Made by a program: the position numbers and the translations under genes
Shown here: piece after piece, positions 17,035 through 27,615 of the stretch
Position numbering within the stretch: position 1 is the stretch's first letter
Layout of the letters: the number at the start of each line of letters is the position of its first letter
Notes under the pieces: generated by a model
What the model was told of the DNA's origin: nothing
Database searches by the model: none
The model's input: only the letters and a program-made list of their open reading frames with translations
From: an uncultured bacterium
GTDB taxonomy: Bacteria > Desulfobacterota_D > UBA1144 > Nemesobacterales > UBA2774
Assembly: GCA_965365595.1 (NCBI GenBank)
Contig: CBDUCG010000001.1
Location: 1 to 47,827 of the forward strand
Length of the DNA: 47,827 nucleotides
Reading direction: 5' to 3'

Positions 17035-19491
17035 GTGACAACACCATCTCAGATTATACCCATTAACATAGAAGATGAAATGAAAGAGTCTTATCTCTCC
17101 TATTCGATGAGCGTTATTATTGGACGTGCTCTTCCGGATGTGAGAGACGGCTTGAAACCCGTTCACAGACGAATTCTTTTCGGCATGGATGAGGTTGGCA
17201 ACCAATGGAACAGACCGTATAAGAAGTCCGCCAGAATTGTGGGAGATGTTATGGGTAAATACCATCCCCATGGAGATGCCGCAATATACGACACCCTCGT
17301 TAGAATGGCGCAGGATTTCTCGATGCGCTACACGCTGGTAGACGGCCAGGGTAACTTTGGCTCAATTGACGGTGATCCTCCGGCAGCAATGAGGTATACA
17401 GAGGTCAGGCTCGACAGAATTGCAACGGAAATGCTTGACGATCTGGAAAAGGAAACAGTGGATTTTGTTCCTAATTACGACGGAGGTGAACATGAGCCGA
17501 TTGTATTGCCTTCTAAAATACCAAACTTACTCCTAAACGGCTCCTCTGGTATAGCTGTAGGAATGTCTACAAATATTCCTCCGCACAACTTGACTGAACT
17601 AATCAATGCGGTTATTGCGCAGGCTGCTAACCCCGAAATTACAGTAGATGAATTGATGAAGCATTTGCCAGGTCCAGACTTCCCGACAGGCGGTTTTATA
17701 ACCGGGAAAAATCCTATAAGAGAAGCTTATGAGACTGGTCGGGGAATCATAAAACTCAGAGCAAAAGCAAAAATTGAAAAGCAGAAGAAAGGCGATAGAG
17801 AAGTAATTATTGTAAATGAAATTCCCTATCAGGTTAATAAATCCAGACTTATTGAGCGAATTGCCGATCTTGTGAAAGATGACAAGATTAAGGGCATATC
17901 AGATATAAGAGACGAGTCCGACAGGGACGGAATCAGAATAGTAATAGACGTAAAACGCGGCGAGATCGCAGAAGTTGTATTAAACCAACTATACAAACAC
18001 ACGCCGATGGATACTTCCTTCGGCATAATAATGCTTGCACTGGTTAGAAATCAACCACGCGTTCTTTCTTTGAAAGAAGTTATAAATCACTTCCTGGAAC
18101 ACAGAAAAGAGGTCGTAACCAGACGAACACAATTTGAACTGGCAAAAGCCGAGGCAAGACTTCACATATTAGAAGGTCTTAAGATTGCGCTCGATCATCT
18201 AGATGAAGTGATTGCTTTAATCCGTAAATCAGACAGCCCGCAGGTTGCGAAAGACGGTCTGATGCAGAAGCTCGGCTTGAGCGATATTCAGGCACAGGCC
18301 ATTTTGGATATGCGTCTTCAAAGACTCACTGCGCTTGAGAGAGATAAAATTCTTGATGAAAGAAAAGAGCTCATAGCAACTGTAAAACGCTTAAAAGAAA
18401 TTCTTGATAATGAGAGTCTTATTCTCGGGATAGTAACAGATGAGCTTGGAGAGATCAAAGACCGTTATGGTGATGAGAGAAAGACTGAAATTCTGGACAG
18501 CTCAGAGGAAATCTCCATTGAGGACCTCATAGCTGATGAAGATATGGTTGTCACAATTACTCATGAGGGTTATATAAAAACCACATCATTGAGCGTATAC
18601 CGCAGTCAGCGAAGGGGTGGGAAGGGTCGCACCGGTATGACTACCAAGGAATTGGACTTTGTTGAGTCCCTGTTTATAGCCTCTCAGCATAATTATGTCC
18701 TGTTTTTCTCTAACTTTGGTAAATGTTACTGGCTAAAAGTACACGAAATCCCAGAAGCGGGCCCTACGGCCAGAGGTAAAGCCCTTGTGAACCTGCTTAA
18801 CCTTGCTGAGGGCGAGAAAGTGGCCGCTGTGCTACCGGTAATTGAATTTAACGATGATCAATCCATTATCATGGCTACCAAAGAAGGAATTGTTAAGAAA
18901 ACAAAGTTAAGCGCTTACTCAAAGCCAAGGATTGGCGGGATAATTGCTGTGACTATTAGGGATGATGATGAGCTTATTGAGGCTAAACTTACAAGTGGAA
19001 GTGATGAAATACTGCTCTCTTCACACTTTGGACAAGCCATCAGGTTTAAAGAACAAGATGTAAGGGATATGGGTAGAACAGCAACAGGTGTCAGGGGAAT
19101 CAAGCTAGATAAGGGTGACGAAGTTGTGAGTCTTGAAGTTATTCAGAACTCGGAAGCTCAAATTCTAACTGTCACAGAAAAAGGATATGGAAAAAGAACA
19201 TTGGTTTCTGAATACAGAGTCACCGGAAGGGGTGGAAAAGGAGTTATCACTATAAAAACTACCGGTAAAAACGGTAGAGTTGTTGGTACATTCCAGGTTA
19301 CAAATGACACAGAGGTAATGATGATAACCACTCACGGTGGCAAAGTGATACGTATGAACGCGTCAGAAATAAGCATATTTGGCAGAGGTACACAAGGTGT
19401 AAGGCTGATTGGACTTGCTGAAGACGAGCAAGTTGCCGCTGTTGCTAAAGTTGTAGAAAGAGAGCAAGGCCCAATAGATGAAATCCAGTGA
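17035..19491 (+). CDS. gyrA: DNA gyrase subunit A
   Basis: GTG start after an AGGAGG SD. It has [16 protein letters not shown], the [18 protein letters not shown] and the active-site AAMRYTE. C-terminal beta-pinwheel repeats are present. Confidence 0.97.
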   Translation: MTTPSQIIPINIEDEMKESYLSYSMSVIIGRALPDVRDGLKPVHRRILFGMDEVGNQWNRPYKKSARIVGDVMGKYHPHGDAAIYDTLVRMAQDFSMRYTLVDGQGNFGSIDGDPPAAMRYTEVRLDRIATEMLDDLEKETVDFVPNYDGGEHEPIVLPSKIPNLLLNGSSGIAVGMSTNIPPHNLTELINAVIAQAANPEITVDELMKHLPGPDFPTGGFITGKNPIREAYETGRGIIKLRAKAKIEKQKKGDREVIIVNEIPYQVNKSRLIERIADLVKDDKIKGISDIRDESDRDGIRIVIDVKRGEIAEVVLNQLYKHTPMDTSFGIIMLALVRNQPRVLSLKEVINHFLEHRKEVVTRRTQFELAKAEARLHILEGLKIALDHLDEVIALIRKSDSPQVAKDGLMQKLGLSDIQAQAILDMRLQRLTALERDKILDERKELIATVKRLKEILDNESLILGIVTDELGEIKDRYGDERKTEILDSSEEISIEDLIADEDMVVTITHEGYIKTTSLSVYRSQRRGGKGRTGMTTKELDFVESLFIASQHNYVLFFSNFGKCYWLKVHEIPEAGPTARGKALVNLLNLAEGEKVAAVLPVIEFNDDQSIIMATKEGIVKKTKLSAYSKPRIGGIIAVTIRDDDELIEAKLTSGSDEILLSSHFGQAIRFKEQDVRDMGRTATGVRGIKLDKGDEVVSLEVIQNSEAQILTVTEKGYGKRTLVSEYRVTGRGGKGVITIKTTGKNGRVVGTFQVTNDTEVMMITTHGGKVIRMNASEISIFGRGTQGVRLIGLAEDEQVAAVAKVVEREQGPIDEIQ

Positions 19492-19516
19492 GTTTCTATT
19501 ATAGAATTTCCATTCA

Positions 19517-20011
19517 ATGATTCGAGAGATTGAAAATATATTCCTTGATTTTCCAGACTACGGGTGTTTTGCCTGTGATCCGAGAAACAAGCTTGGGTTA
19601 CGCCTGAAATTCTTTGCTGATGAAGATAAAGGCGATGTTTTTACTACATTTAATCCTGAAACCTATCTGGAAGGCTTCCCTGGAATTTTGCATGGGGGAA
19701 TACAGTGCGCATTGATCGATGAGGTAGCCTTTTGGACAATGTTCGATAAATTCCGCAAAATCGCACTCACTTCCAAGCTCGATATGGAATTTTTAAGACC
19801 TGTGGACGCGTCATCCGAGCTGACAATAAGAGGCAGAGTAACAGAAACAGAAGGCAGGAAGGTCAGCGTAGAAGTGAATCTCTTAAACGATAAGAATAAA
19901 ATTTGCACAAAAAGCAAAGTGGATTATACAATACCTAAAAGGGAAGTTACCTATAAAATTATAGGAAGAGATAGATTCACTGAAAAATTTGAGAAATATC
20001 TGGAAGACTGA
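19517..20011 (+). CDS. Hotdog-fold (PaaI-like) acyl-CoA thioesterase
   Basis: The size and the GILHGGIQCALIDE motif are typical of PaaI/4HBT-type thioesterases. Confidence 0.7.
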   Translation: MIREIENIFLDFPDYGCFACDPRNKLGLRLKFFADEDKGDVFTTFNPETYLEGFPGILHGGIQCALIDEVAFWTMFDKFRKIALTSKLDMEFLRPVDASSELTIRGRVTETEGRKVSVEVNLLNDKNKICTKSKVDYTIPKREVTYKIIGRDRFTEKFEKYLED

Positions 20012-20013
20012 AC

Positions 20014-20619
20014 ATGCTAAAACTTTATGATCACCAACTCTCGGGAAACAGCTATAAATCCCGGCTCTTGTTAAATCACTTGGGCATTGAATATGAGAGA
20101 ATAAATGTTGATGTGTTTAAAGGTGAGCAGAACGATCCCAAGTTTGCGGCACTTAATCCTAACAAGAAAATACCGGTGCTTGTTGACGAAGATTTTGTAA
20201 TGTGGGAATCAAACGCGATTCTCTTTTATATTGGGAAGAAGTATTTACCTAATATTTATTATCCTGAAAACCCAAGAAATCACGGCTTAGTAGCTCAGTG
20301 GCTCCTTTATGGAAAAACCACAATTGATCCTAATCTGGCAATGGCCAGATATTTGACCCGGTTTGTCTCACGGGAAGACCGCGAAGAACAGGATCTGGCT
20401 AAATTCAGGGCTCACGGAATGATGACTCTTAAAATACTTGATGATCATTTGCGTGATAATGAATTTCTTGCTGGGGATTATTCCATAGCGGACATCGGAT
20501 GCTATCCCTATGTGCATTTAGCGCCTGAGGGTGAAATTGATATCGAAGCATACTCCTCTGTAATGTCATGGATCAAGCGTATAGAATCTCAGCCCGGGTA
20601 TATTTCGATGGAAGATTAA
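20014..20619 (+). CDS. Glutathione S-transferase
   Basis: It has an N-terminal thioredoxin-like GST fold (SGNSYKSRLLL, KIPVLVDEDFVMWESNAI) and a helical C-terminal domain. Confidence 0.85.
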   Translation: MLKLYDHQLSGNSYKSRLLLNHLGIEYERINVDVFKGEQNDPKFAALNPNKKIPVLVDEDFVMWESNAILFYIGKKYLPNIYYPENPRNHGLVAQWLLYGKTTIDPNLAMARYLTRFVSREDREEQDLAKFRAHGMMTLKILDDHLRDNEFLAGDYSIADIGCYPYVHLAPEGEIDIEAYSSVMSWIKRIESQPGYISMED

Positions 20620-20639
20620 GGAAGTGAGAAAAAGAAACA

Positions 20640-20716
20640 TGGAGCGGGAAACGGGATTCGAACCCGCGACCTTCTCCTTGGCAAGGAGACGCTCTAGCCA
20701 GCTGAGCTATTCCCGC
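20640..20716 (-). tRNA. tRNA-Gly (anticodon GCC), CCA encoded
   Basis: The reverse complement reads GCGGGAATAGCTCAGCTGG...ttGCCaa...GGTTCGAATCCCGTTTCCCGCTCCA. Confidence 0.93.
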
Positions 20717-20812
20717 TTAGCAAGCCCATTAAATGTATCAAGCCAACTCATTGTTGTCAAGAATTACCTTATTTATAGACATTTAAGGTAAAATATAGGT
20801 TTGGAAAAAAAG

Positions 20813-21952
20813 ATGAGCCAAAAACTGAGAAAAAATATAATTAACAAAGTGAGCCGGGTAATTATCAAAGTTGGGAGCAGTGTGCTTACTGACAATGACG
20901 GTAGTTTGTCAGAATCCATCTTTGAAAAGCTATCTCATGAAATTTCAAAGATTAGAAATAAAGATATTGAGGTAATAATAGTCTCCTCAGGGGCGATTGC
21001 TTCGGGCATGAAGAAGCTCAGGCTTACTGAAAGACCTACAGAAATATCAATGAAGCAGGCAATTGCCGCAGCGGGTCAAAGTACACTTATATGGCATTAT
21101 GAGCGGGCATTTTCAGAGTTTAACCTCAATGTAGCACAAATTCTCCTTACACTTGACGGTTTATCCGATAGGAAGAGATTTTTAAATGCCCGTAAAACTC
21201 TAACTACCCTTCTTTCTATGGGGATAATTCCAATAGTTAACGAAAATGATACTGTAGCCGTAGAGGAGATAATGCTGGGAGACAACGACAATCTAGCGGC
21301 CCATATAACCTCACTTATTGAGGCTGATTTGTTAATCATGCTTACTGATATTGACGGTTTGTACAATAAAGACCCAAGGGTTAATAAAGACGCCGAATTT
21401 CTATCTCTGATTGAGAAAATAGGACAGGATGTGGAAAGCACGGCAGGGGACACCTTTGGAAGGACTACAATAGGCGGTATGAGGACCAAGATTGAGGCTG
21501 CAAAGAAGGCCGTAGCGTATGGAGTTCCGACAATAATTGCTAATGGAAACAATGGACACACTCTTGAGGAAATATTTGAAGGCAAAGAAGTGGGGACACT
21601 GTTTTTACCTTCGGAGCAAAGCTTGAGCGGGAGAAAACACTGGATTGCTTTTACTCTTAAATCTGCAGGTGAAATTGTCATAGATGAGGGAGCCATGAGG
21701 GCTATTTCCTCCTCGGGCAAGAGCCTGCTTCCCTCTGGAATTAAAGATGTAAAGGGTACATTCGGGGTAGGAGAGTCTGTTACATGTGTCGATGAAAAAG
21801 GTAACGATGTGGCGCGGGGCCTAACATCTTACAGCGCTCAGGACATAAGAAAAATCATGGGTTCCAAAACTTCTGAGGTTGAAAGTATTTTGGGATACAA
21901 ATATAGTGATGAAGTTATTCACCGGGATGATTTGGTTGTAATATCAGAATAA
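20813..21952 (+). CDS. proB: Glutamate 5-kinase with C-terminal PUA domain
   Basis: It has VIIKVGSSVLT, IVSSGAIA and NENDTVA motifs plus a PUA-like C-terminus. The start could instead be the TTG at 20801. Confidence 0.93.
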   Translation: MSQKLRKNIINKVSRVIIKVGSSVLTDNDGSLSESIFEKLSHEISKIRNKDIEVIIVSSGAIASGMKKLRLTERPTEISMKQAIAAAGQSTLIWHYERAFSEFNLNVAQILLTLDGLSDRKRFLNARKTLTTLLSMGIIPIVNENDTVAVEEIMLGDNDNLAAHITSLIEADLLIMLTDIDGLYNKDPRVNKDAEFLSLIEKIGQDVESTAGDTFGRTTIGGMRTKIEAAKKAVAYGVPTIIANGNNGHTLEEIFEGKEVGTLFLPSEQSLSGRKHWIAFTLKSAGEIVIDEGAMRAISSSGKSLLPSGIKDVKGTFGVGESVTCVDEKGNDVARGLTSYSAQDIRKIMGSKTSEVESILGYKYSDEVIHRDDLVVISE

Positions 21953-21971
21953 TTTTATTACCGATCCAGAT

Positions 21972-22973
21972 ATGAAGTCCAGAAATTTACTTTACATATC
22001 AATATTTTTAATACTCCTTTTAGTTACTCTTGCAGCTTCTTATCTTACTGTGTCGAACTACATAAACACCACTCCTAGTGTTACGGAGGATATTCGGATA
22101 GAGATTCCCAAAGGCTCAGGACTAAGCGGGATATCTCAAAAACTTATGGAATCAGGAGCTATAGCAAACGATACGCTTTTTATTTTATATGTTATGAAAG
22201 AAGGCTGGCAGGATAAATTAAAAGCCGGTGAATACAAGTTTGAAAAAGGCTCATCCATGGCCGGCGTAGTTAGAAAAATTGTCAATGGGGATGTTGAACT
22301 TCATAAAGTTACTATACCGGAGGGCTTGACGGCAAGGGAAATTGCCCGATTGCTAGATGAAAAAGGTGTTGTTACAGAATCGGAGTTTTTAGAAGAGACT
22401 CAAAACGAGACGCTAGTAAAAAAACTACTTGGACCCGATGTAACCAGTCTGGAGGGATATCTTTTTCCAGAAACTTACTCATACTCGGGGTCTCTTAAAG
22501 CCGGGGAGCTGATTGAGTTGATGGTGGAAAGGTTTAAAGCCGTGTATGAGCCGCTTTCGGAACAAAGAAAAGGCGTAAATCTGACTGATAAGGAAATTTT
22601 AACACTGGCATCAATTGTAGAGAAAGAAACAGGTGCTTCTTTTGAGCGCCCCCTGATCTCGGCAGTTTTTCAAAACAGGATCAAAATAGGCATGAAGCTC
22701 GACAGTGACCCGACAGTGATTTACGGAATGGGAGAGAACTACAAAGGCAACTTAAGCCGGGCAGATTTGAAGCGATATTCGGACTACAATACTTATGTTA
22801 TTAAAGGACTACCTCCGGGTCCTATTGCCAACCCGGGCAAGGACTCCATACTTGCAGTACTAAATCCGGCTGACGTTAAATATCTATATTTTGTTTCCAA
22901 GGGTGATGGCACGCACCATTTTTCAAACAGTTTCAGAGAACACCAAAACGCTGTGAATAAATATCAAAAATAA
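21972..22973 (+). CDS. mltG: Endolytic murein transglycosylase MltG (YceG-like)
   Basis: It has an N-terminal TM anchor and the YceG motifs LASIVEKET and LDSDPTVIYG. Confidence 0.9.
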   Translation: MKSRNLLYISIFLILLLVTLAASYLTVSNYINTTPSVTEDIRIEIPKGSGLSGISQKLMESGAIANDTLFILYVMKEGWQDKLKAGEYKFEKGSSMAGVVRKIVNGDVELHKVTIPEGLTAREIARLLDEKGVVTESEFLEETQNETLVKKLLGPDVTSLEGYLFPETYSYSGSLKAGELIELMVERFKAVYEPLSEQRKGVNLTDKEILTLASIVEKETGASFERPLISAVFQNRIKIGMKLDSDPTVIYGMGENYKGNLSRADLKRYSDYNTYVIKGLPPGPIANPGKDSILAVLNPADVKYLYFVSKGDGTHHFSNSFREHQNAVNKYQK

Positions 22974-22991
22974 TCATCATTCAAAAAAGAA

Positions 22992-24122
22992 TCAGGCAAA
23001 AACTTCGCTGAACGGATCGACTCTGGTCTGATCCGCAACGGGTTTAAGTATTTTTTTGTCCTGTCTTTCTATTCTGATAAGCCCGTTTTTCTTCTTAGTT
23101 GCTATAAATTGCGTGCCGCTTGTTTCCTGAGAAATCTTTTCAAGAATCCGGGGATAATTTTTGGATCCTATGAATATGGAATGAATGCATACGCCCAGCT
23201 TCTTGGCGCGTATTCTTTCATTTATTACATCACAGTCTCCCGAGGTCGGAATCCCGTCAGTAATAAATAGAATATGCTTGTTTCTGAGTCCTCGGCCCCT
23301 GAACTCTGAAATCGCGTCTTTTAGTGCATCTTCATAGTTCGTATTTCCTGAGCATTCGGTTTTTGAAGCCAAATCGAGCATCCAATTGTAGTCGCGGGTA
23401 AAGAATTTGGCGTTTCTTTTGTACTTGTATGATCTGTGATTAAATTCCACATAGCCCACTTTCATTCTCTTTGACCGGGCCAGTTCTACGACCCCTCTGA
23501 CAACCGATGATGACCATTCGCTATAAACCCCCATCATTGAAGTGCTAACGTCGCGTAAAATGGCGATTTCCCCGCCCATCATTTCTTTTTCCCTCTTGTG
23601 TACGCGCGGCAGTGTAGGTGTAGTGTTATCCGTCCATATTGTTGCCTCATACGGATCGATATCTTCGATTTCATCAAAATAATTCATACGTTTCCATGTT
23701 CTCGGCATGCCGCCCGGGTGAGGCGCTTTAAGAGCTATACTTCTCTGGAAGTTCCCTTCCAGAACTTTCATTATAATTCTGACATTATCCGCTGAATCGG
23801 TATTTTTATTGCCGCCGATCCAGTAGTCCTCTTCATCTCCGGGGTCTGGAGATTTGCTGGCGAAAACCTTGTTTGATTCAGGCGGTTCCCTGTCTTCGCT
23901 ATCTCCGCCGTCATCACTCAATTGACCGCTAGGATCGTTTGGAGCATTCTGGTCTTCGGGAGGGGACATCTGGCCTTCTTGTTCAATATTTTCTTTTAAT
24001 TCTTTTAGGGCTTGAAAAAAAGTCTTCCGGGCTTCGGATAGCTCGTCGTGATCCTCTGACTGCTTTTCACCTTCATCATCGGGGATTTCCTGGTGCTGTT
24101 CCAAATCGTCTTCACCAGGCAT
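22992..24122 (-). CDS. VWA (MIDAS) domain protein with ~95-aa acidic disordered N-terminus (CoxE/ViaA-like partner of MoxR)
   Basis: The MIDAS motif DVSTS (DxSxS) and a downstream ITDG are present. The N-terminus is rich in D, E and P. The gene lies 41 nt downstream of moxR on the same strand. Confidence 0.85.
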   Translation of the reverse strand: MPGEDDLEQHQEIPDDEGEKQSEDHDELSEARKTFFQALKELKENIEQEGQMSPPEDQNAPNDPSGQLSDDGGDSEDREPPESNKVFASKSPDPGDEEDYWIGGNKNTDSADNVRIIMKVLEGNFQRSIALKAPHPGGMPRTWKRMNYFDEIEDIDPYEATIWTDNTTPTLPRVHKREKEMMGGEIAILRDVSTSMMGVYSEWSSSVVRGVVELARSKRMKVGYVEFNHRSYKYKRNAKFFTRDYNWMLDLASKTECSGNTNYEDALKDAISEFRGRGLRNKHILFITDGIPTSGDCDVINERIRAKKLGVCIHSIFIGSKNYPRILEKISQETSGTQFIATKKKNGLIRIERQDKKILKPVADQTRVDPFSEVFA

Positions 24123-24163
24123 GTTGGGGTCGGGCTGTGCCGCTTGTTCTTCCTGTTCCGGGT

Positions 24164-25126
24164 TTAGCTTATCCGGTCTGTCCCTGTCTTTTTTTTTTTA
24201 GAAGTCAGGTCCTCAAGAATCTGATCCAGCTGGAGAAAAACGTCTTCAGGGATTCTAAATGCAGTCATATACCTGAGCGCGTTTAAGTCTTCGATCGTAC
24301 ATTCTTCTCTGTCATGAAGAAGTGCATGCGCACGCATGATTTTTAATGTTTTAACAAAAAATGTCCTATCCGATATCAAAGAATTGGTTTCATTACATCC
24401 GTAATCTTCAATGAGTGTCGCAACGAATTTAGCTAAAGCCTCCTGAACTTCAGTCGGTATCACTACGCTTCCGAGCTTATCATAATATTCGTCAAACACT
24501 TCCCTGCTGACCCTGGCCGGAACTTCGTAATCGGTTGGTCTCTCACTATAAAGCTTGATAACCTCTTTTGCTTGTTCCCACTTTCTTCCATAAGAAAGCC
24601 CTTGGGAAGTTATCTGAAGAACAAACCTGTCCAGGTTTGCAGGATCCAGAGGTTCGTTGTAATACTCGTCAGCCGTAGGGTTACTTGTTCCAATGGCTGT
24701 AAGAAGGGGGATATTTTCATTAAAGAATTTTCTTTCGTTAAGAATTCTAAGAAGCACGTTAAGAGATTCACCGGGGGCTCTTGAAATGTCATCCAGCAGA
24801 CAAATCTCTGATGTAAGAATGCCGCCCTTTACAACTTTCTGCTTAATTATTTCTCCATCCTCTGTAGTTTCTTTTGAAATTACCAGGTCACCAATTAATT
24901 CTGACAGCCTTGTATCTCTATGAAGCTGGTAGAAAAAAAATCTCAGACTTGCCGCAGCAGACACAATTTCTGAAAGCATGGTCTTCGCGGTTCCCGGAGG
25001 ACCCTCCACATAAATATGTTCTCTTGCGATGATACCCAGCAGCAAGGACAACTTTACTTCCTCATGTCCTACTACCAGATTATCCATTTCTTCTTTGAGA
25101 ACTACGAAAGGATTTTCAGTACTCAT
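24164..25126 (-). CDS. MoxR-family (RavA-like) AAA+ ATPase
   Basis: It has Walker A (GPPGTAKT), Walker B reading LLDDISRAPG, sensor-1 (GTSNP) and an Arg finger (NLDRF). It is 320 aa. Confidence 0.9.
   Translation of the reverse strand: MSTENPFVVLKEEMDNLVVGHEEVKLSLLLGIIAREHIYVEGPPGTAKTMLSEIVSAAASLRFFFYQLHRDTRLSELIGDLVISKETTEDGEIIKQKVVKGGILTSEICLLDDISRAPGESLNVLLRILNERKFFNENIPLLTAIGTSNPTADEYYNEPLDPANLDRFVLQITSQGLSYGRKWEQAKEVIKLYSERPTDYEVPARVSREVFDEYYDKLGSVVIPTEVQEALAKFVATLIEDYGCNETNSLISDRTFFVKTLKIMRAHALLHDREECTIEDLNALRYMTAFRIPEDVFLQLDQILEDLTSKKKKTGTDRIS
24189..24199 (-). repeat. A11 homopolymer (T11 on + strand) in the last codons of moxR
   Basis: Counted directly. It encodes KKKK, and the VWA reading frame opens exactly at this tract. 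Confidence 0.9.
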
Positions 25127-25317
25127 TATAGGGTCTTGCCTCCCTCTATTTCATTTCTATATAAGTGCAATTATTAATTGTACATAAGGGCTGTTTTTTT
25201 GCAATAAAATACTCATTCAAAAACAAAATACTCTTTTGCTCTCTTATCTCTTTCAGCTTTACTTTTCATAAACTAGTATGATAAGTTTAGAGCTACAATT
25301 TTTTTTGAGATAATTCA

Positions 25318-26670
25318 ATGCAGCAGACAATATTAAACATACTATCTGGCCTGAGCGGGTTAGTTTGGGGCTTGCCTCTTATTATTCTTCTGCTCGGTAC
25401 AGGTATATACCTTACTATATTACTAAGGGGCATACAGTTCAGGGCGTTAGTTCCCGCATTATATCTCGCACTGGTTAAAAGGAAGGATGACGGTGATCCA
25501 GAGGGGGACATCTCCCAGTTTCAGTCCCTTATGACAGCTCTATCGGCAACAGTAGGTGTCGGCAATATCGCAGGTGTCGCAACTGCAATTGCAGTTGGGG
25601 GGCCGGGCGCACTCTTTTGGATGTGGGTCACAGGGCTTCTCGGAATGGCTACAAAATATTCCGAGGCGGTTCTCGCCGTTAAATACAGAGAAGTAGATAA
25701 AACCGGGACTATGAGCGGTGGCCCTATGTACTATATTTCAAGAGGGCTCGGGCTTAACTGGCTGGGATTATTGTTTGCCGTCTTTGCTTCAATCGCGGCA
25801 TTTGGTATAGGGAACATGGTTCAGTCAAATTCCGTAGCCGATGCACTGGGCGAGGCTTTTGGAATACCCTTTTGGATAACCGGATCTGTACTTTGTGTGG
25901 CGACGGGGTTAGTTATAGTTGGAGGCATAAAAAGCATTGCTAAGGCCACAAGCGCAATAGTTCCAATTATGATATTGCTATATCTTTTTGGGGCGATTCT
26001 TACGCTAATAGTATTTTGGAAGAATATTCCCCATGCTTTTCACCTAATTTTTTACCATGCCTTTTCACCCACAGCCGCAGCCGGAGGATTTCTGGGCGCA
26101 ACGATAAGTCAAACTGTCAGAATAGGAGTTGCCCGGGGGATTTTTTCAAACGAATCGGGACTCGGCAGCTCGCCAATCGCTGCAGCAGCAGCAAAAACAA
26201 ATAATCCGGTCGGACAGGGTCTGGTTTCAATGACTCAGACTTTTATCGATACAATAGTCGTTTGCACTTTTACGGGCCTTGTTCTTTTATCCAGTGGAGT
26301 CTGGTCCGACGGAGATACCGGGGCGGGACTTTCGGCCACAGCTTTTGAAAGCGCAGTGCCATTATTTGGGGCGGAAATAGTAGCTGTGAGTTTGGCTTTT
26401 TTTGCTTATTCAACTTTATTGGGATGGAGTTATTATGGCGAGAAGGCAATACAGTATATATTTAATGACAAAGCAATAATGCCCTACAGAGTACTTTTCA
26501 CTGCAGTAGTTTTTGTAGGAGCCATTGTCAAACTCGACCTAGTTTGGACCTTTGCAGATGTGATGAACGGACTGATGGCTTTCCCCAACCTAGTCGGACT
26601 CTTGGGACTTTCAGGTGTTGTAGTGGAAGAGACAAAGAAATACCTGAGTCTCGAGTTATCAAAAAAATAA
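25318..26670 (+). CDS. Alanine/glycine:cation (sodium) symporter, AGCS family
   Basis: It has [20 protein letters not shown] and [16 protein letters not shown] motifs, with about 11 TM segments. Confidence 0.92.
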   Translation: MQQTILNILSGLSGLVWGLPLIILLLGTGIYLTILLRGIQFRALVPALYLALVKRKDDGDPEGDISQFQSLMTALSATVGVGNIAGVATAIAVGGPGALFWMWVTGLLGMATKYSEAVLAVKYREVDKTGTMSGGPMYYISRGLGLNWLGLLFAVFASIAAFGIGNMVQSNSVADALGEAFGIPFWITGSVLCVATGLVIVGGIKSIAKATSAIVPIMILLYLFGAILTLIVFWKNIPHAFHLIFYHAFSPTAAAGGFLGATISQTVRIGVARGIFSNESGLGSSPIAAAAAKTNNPVGQGLVSMTQTFIDTIVVCTFTGLVLLSSGVWSDGDTGAGLSATAFESAVPLFGAEIVAVSLAFFAYSTLLGWSYYGEKAIQYIFNDKAIMPYRVLFTAVVFVGAIVKLDLVWTFADVMNGLMAFPNLVGLLGLSGVVVEETKKYLSLELSKK

Positions 26671-26757
26671 TTGATGCCGTCTTGAATTATTCCCACGATA
26701 TTTTTTGTTGATAATAATAATTCATGTTTTAAAATTACTATACATTTGTGAGGCATT

Positions 26758-27210
26758 ATGATTAATACCAGAAATTTCGACAAATTCTCAAAACTTCTAA
26801 TGATACTTTGTGCTGTTATTTTCATAGGACTTTTCTCCTGTGGAAATGATCAAGAATCTTCGGGAGATGAATGGACATATCTAGGAGAAGTCAGGGATGA
26901 AAAAGGGAAATACGTATCTGTTTACATTGATTTGAAAAACATGGAAATTAAAGACAAGATTAGAACATTCTGGATCAGATACTATGCTCCTATTAACGAC
27001 GGCGAAACGGAAGAAAGGTATATTAGGCAACTAGGCTTATGGGAAGTTGATTGTCAAGATAGAAAACTTTATGTGCTGAAAGAAAAATATTATGGTCCCA
27101 ATGGTCAGGTCTTGGGCAGAAGTGACAAGAAAATTAAAGAAGAATATGATGAGAACTCTATAGGTAACAAAATGTCTGCTGCGGCATGCCGTTATGCCGG
27201 CCGAAATTAA
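26758..27210 (+). CDS. Lipoprotein, possibly surface-adhesin-E-like
   Basis: It has a lipobox (LFS|C). The W..DC....Y.........G pattern (LWEVDCQDRKLYVLKEKYYGPNG) is reminiscent of that family, but this is a by-eye call only. Confidence 0.5.
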   Translation: MINTRNFDKFSKLLMILCAVIFIGLFSCGNDQESSGDEWTYLGEVRDEKGKYVSVYIDLKNMEIKDKIRTFWIRYYAPINDGETEERYIRQLGLWEVDCQDRKLYVLKEKYYGPNGQVLGRSDKKIKEEYDENSIGNKMSAAACRYAGRN

Positions 27211-27437
27211 TGGATAGTATTGTCAGGTATCAATACCATTTCCCAGAGTGAGATTATAATCTCTTCCTTTTCAGTGAGATCCGGCTTTTTCCCCTGTAGA
27301 GTGTCCTGGGCATATTTATTTGCAAACTCATTAAAATCATTTATAGAGATTTCAAATTCCTTGCTATCATCATGGCTGACTACATGAAACCCCTTGTTTG
27401 TTTGTGTGGCTGTGAAACCGTTTAATTGTCCGTTCAT
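27207..27437 (-). CDS. Hypothetical small acidic protein (76 aa)
   Basis: A strong AAGGAG SD lies 7 nt upstream of the ATG. No family was recognised. Confidence 0.5.
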   Translation of the reverse strand: MNGQLNGFTATQTNKGFHVVSHDDSKEFEISINDFNEFANKYAQDTLQGKKPDLTEKEEIIISLWEMVLIPDNTIH

Positions 27438-27615
27438 TTTTATACTCCTTATTTTTCAATATCTAAATTTTAACTCTTCCTTATATTAACTTCATACAGT
27501 TTAAATATATGTACGAAAAAAGTGTTTTAAAGGGGTATTTCTCAACGGGCGACTATAATTTAATAAAGAGAGCGAAAAGGGAGGACTGATCGGACTTAAT
27601 CCTGCGCCTTTACTC

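Noticed and set aside
21097-21720. 207-aa ORF antisense to proB. Similar antisense ORFs occur at 829-1251, 38338-38799, 46283-46771, 47293-47691 and 29950-30300.
   Set aside because: Each lies wholly inside a well-supported gene on the opposite strand. They are Ser/Pro/Leu/Ile-rich, as expected for antisense frames, and have no SD or recognisable motifs.
25127-25317. Possible glycine or amino-acid riboswitch upstream of the AGCS symporter
   Set aside because: The region is very AT-rich. I found no conserved glycine-riboswitch core sequences and no convincing paired helices.
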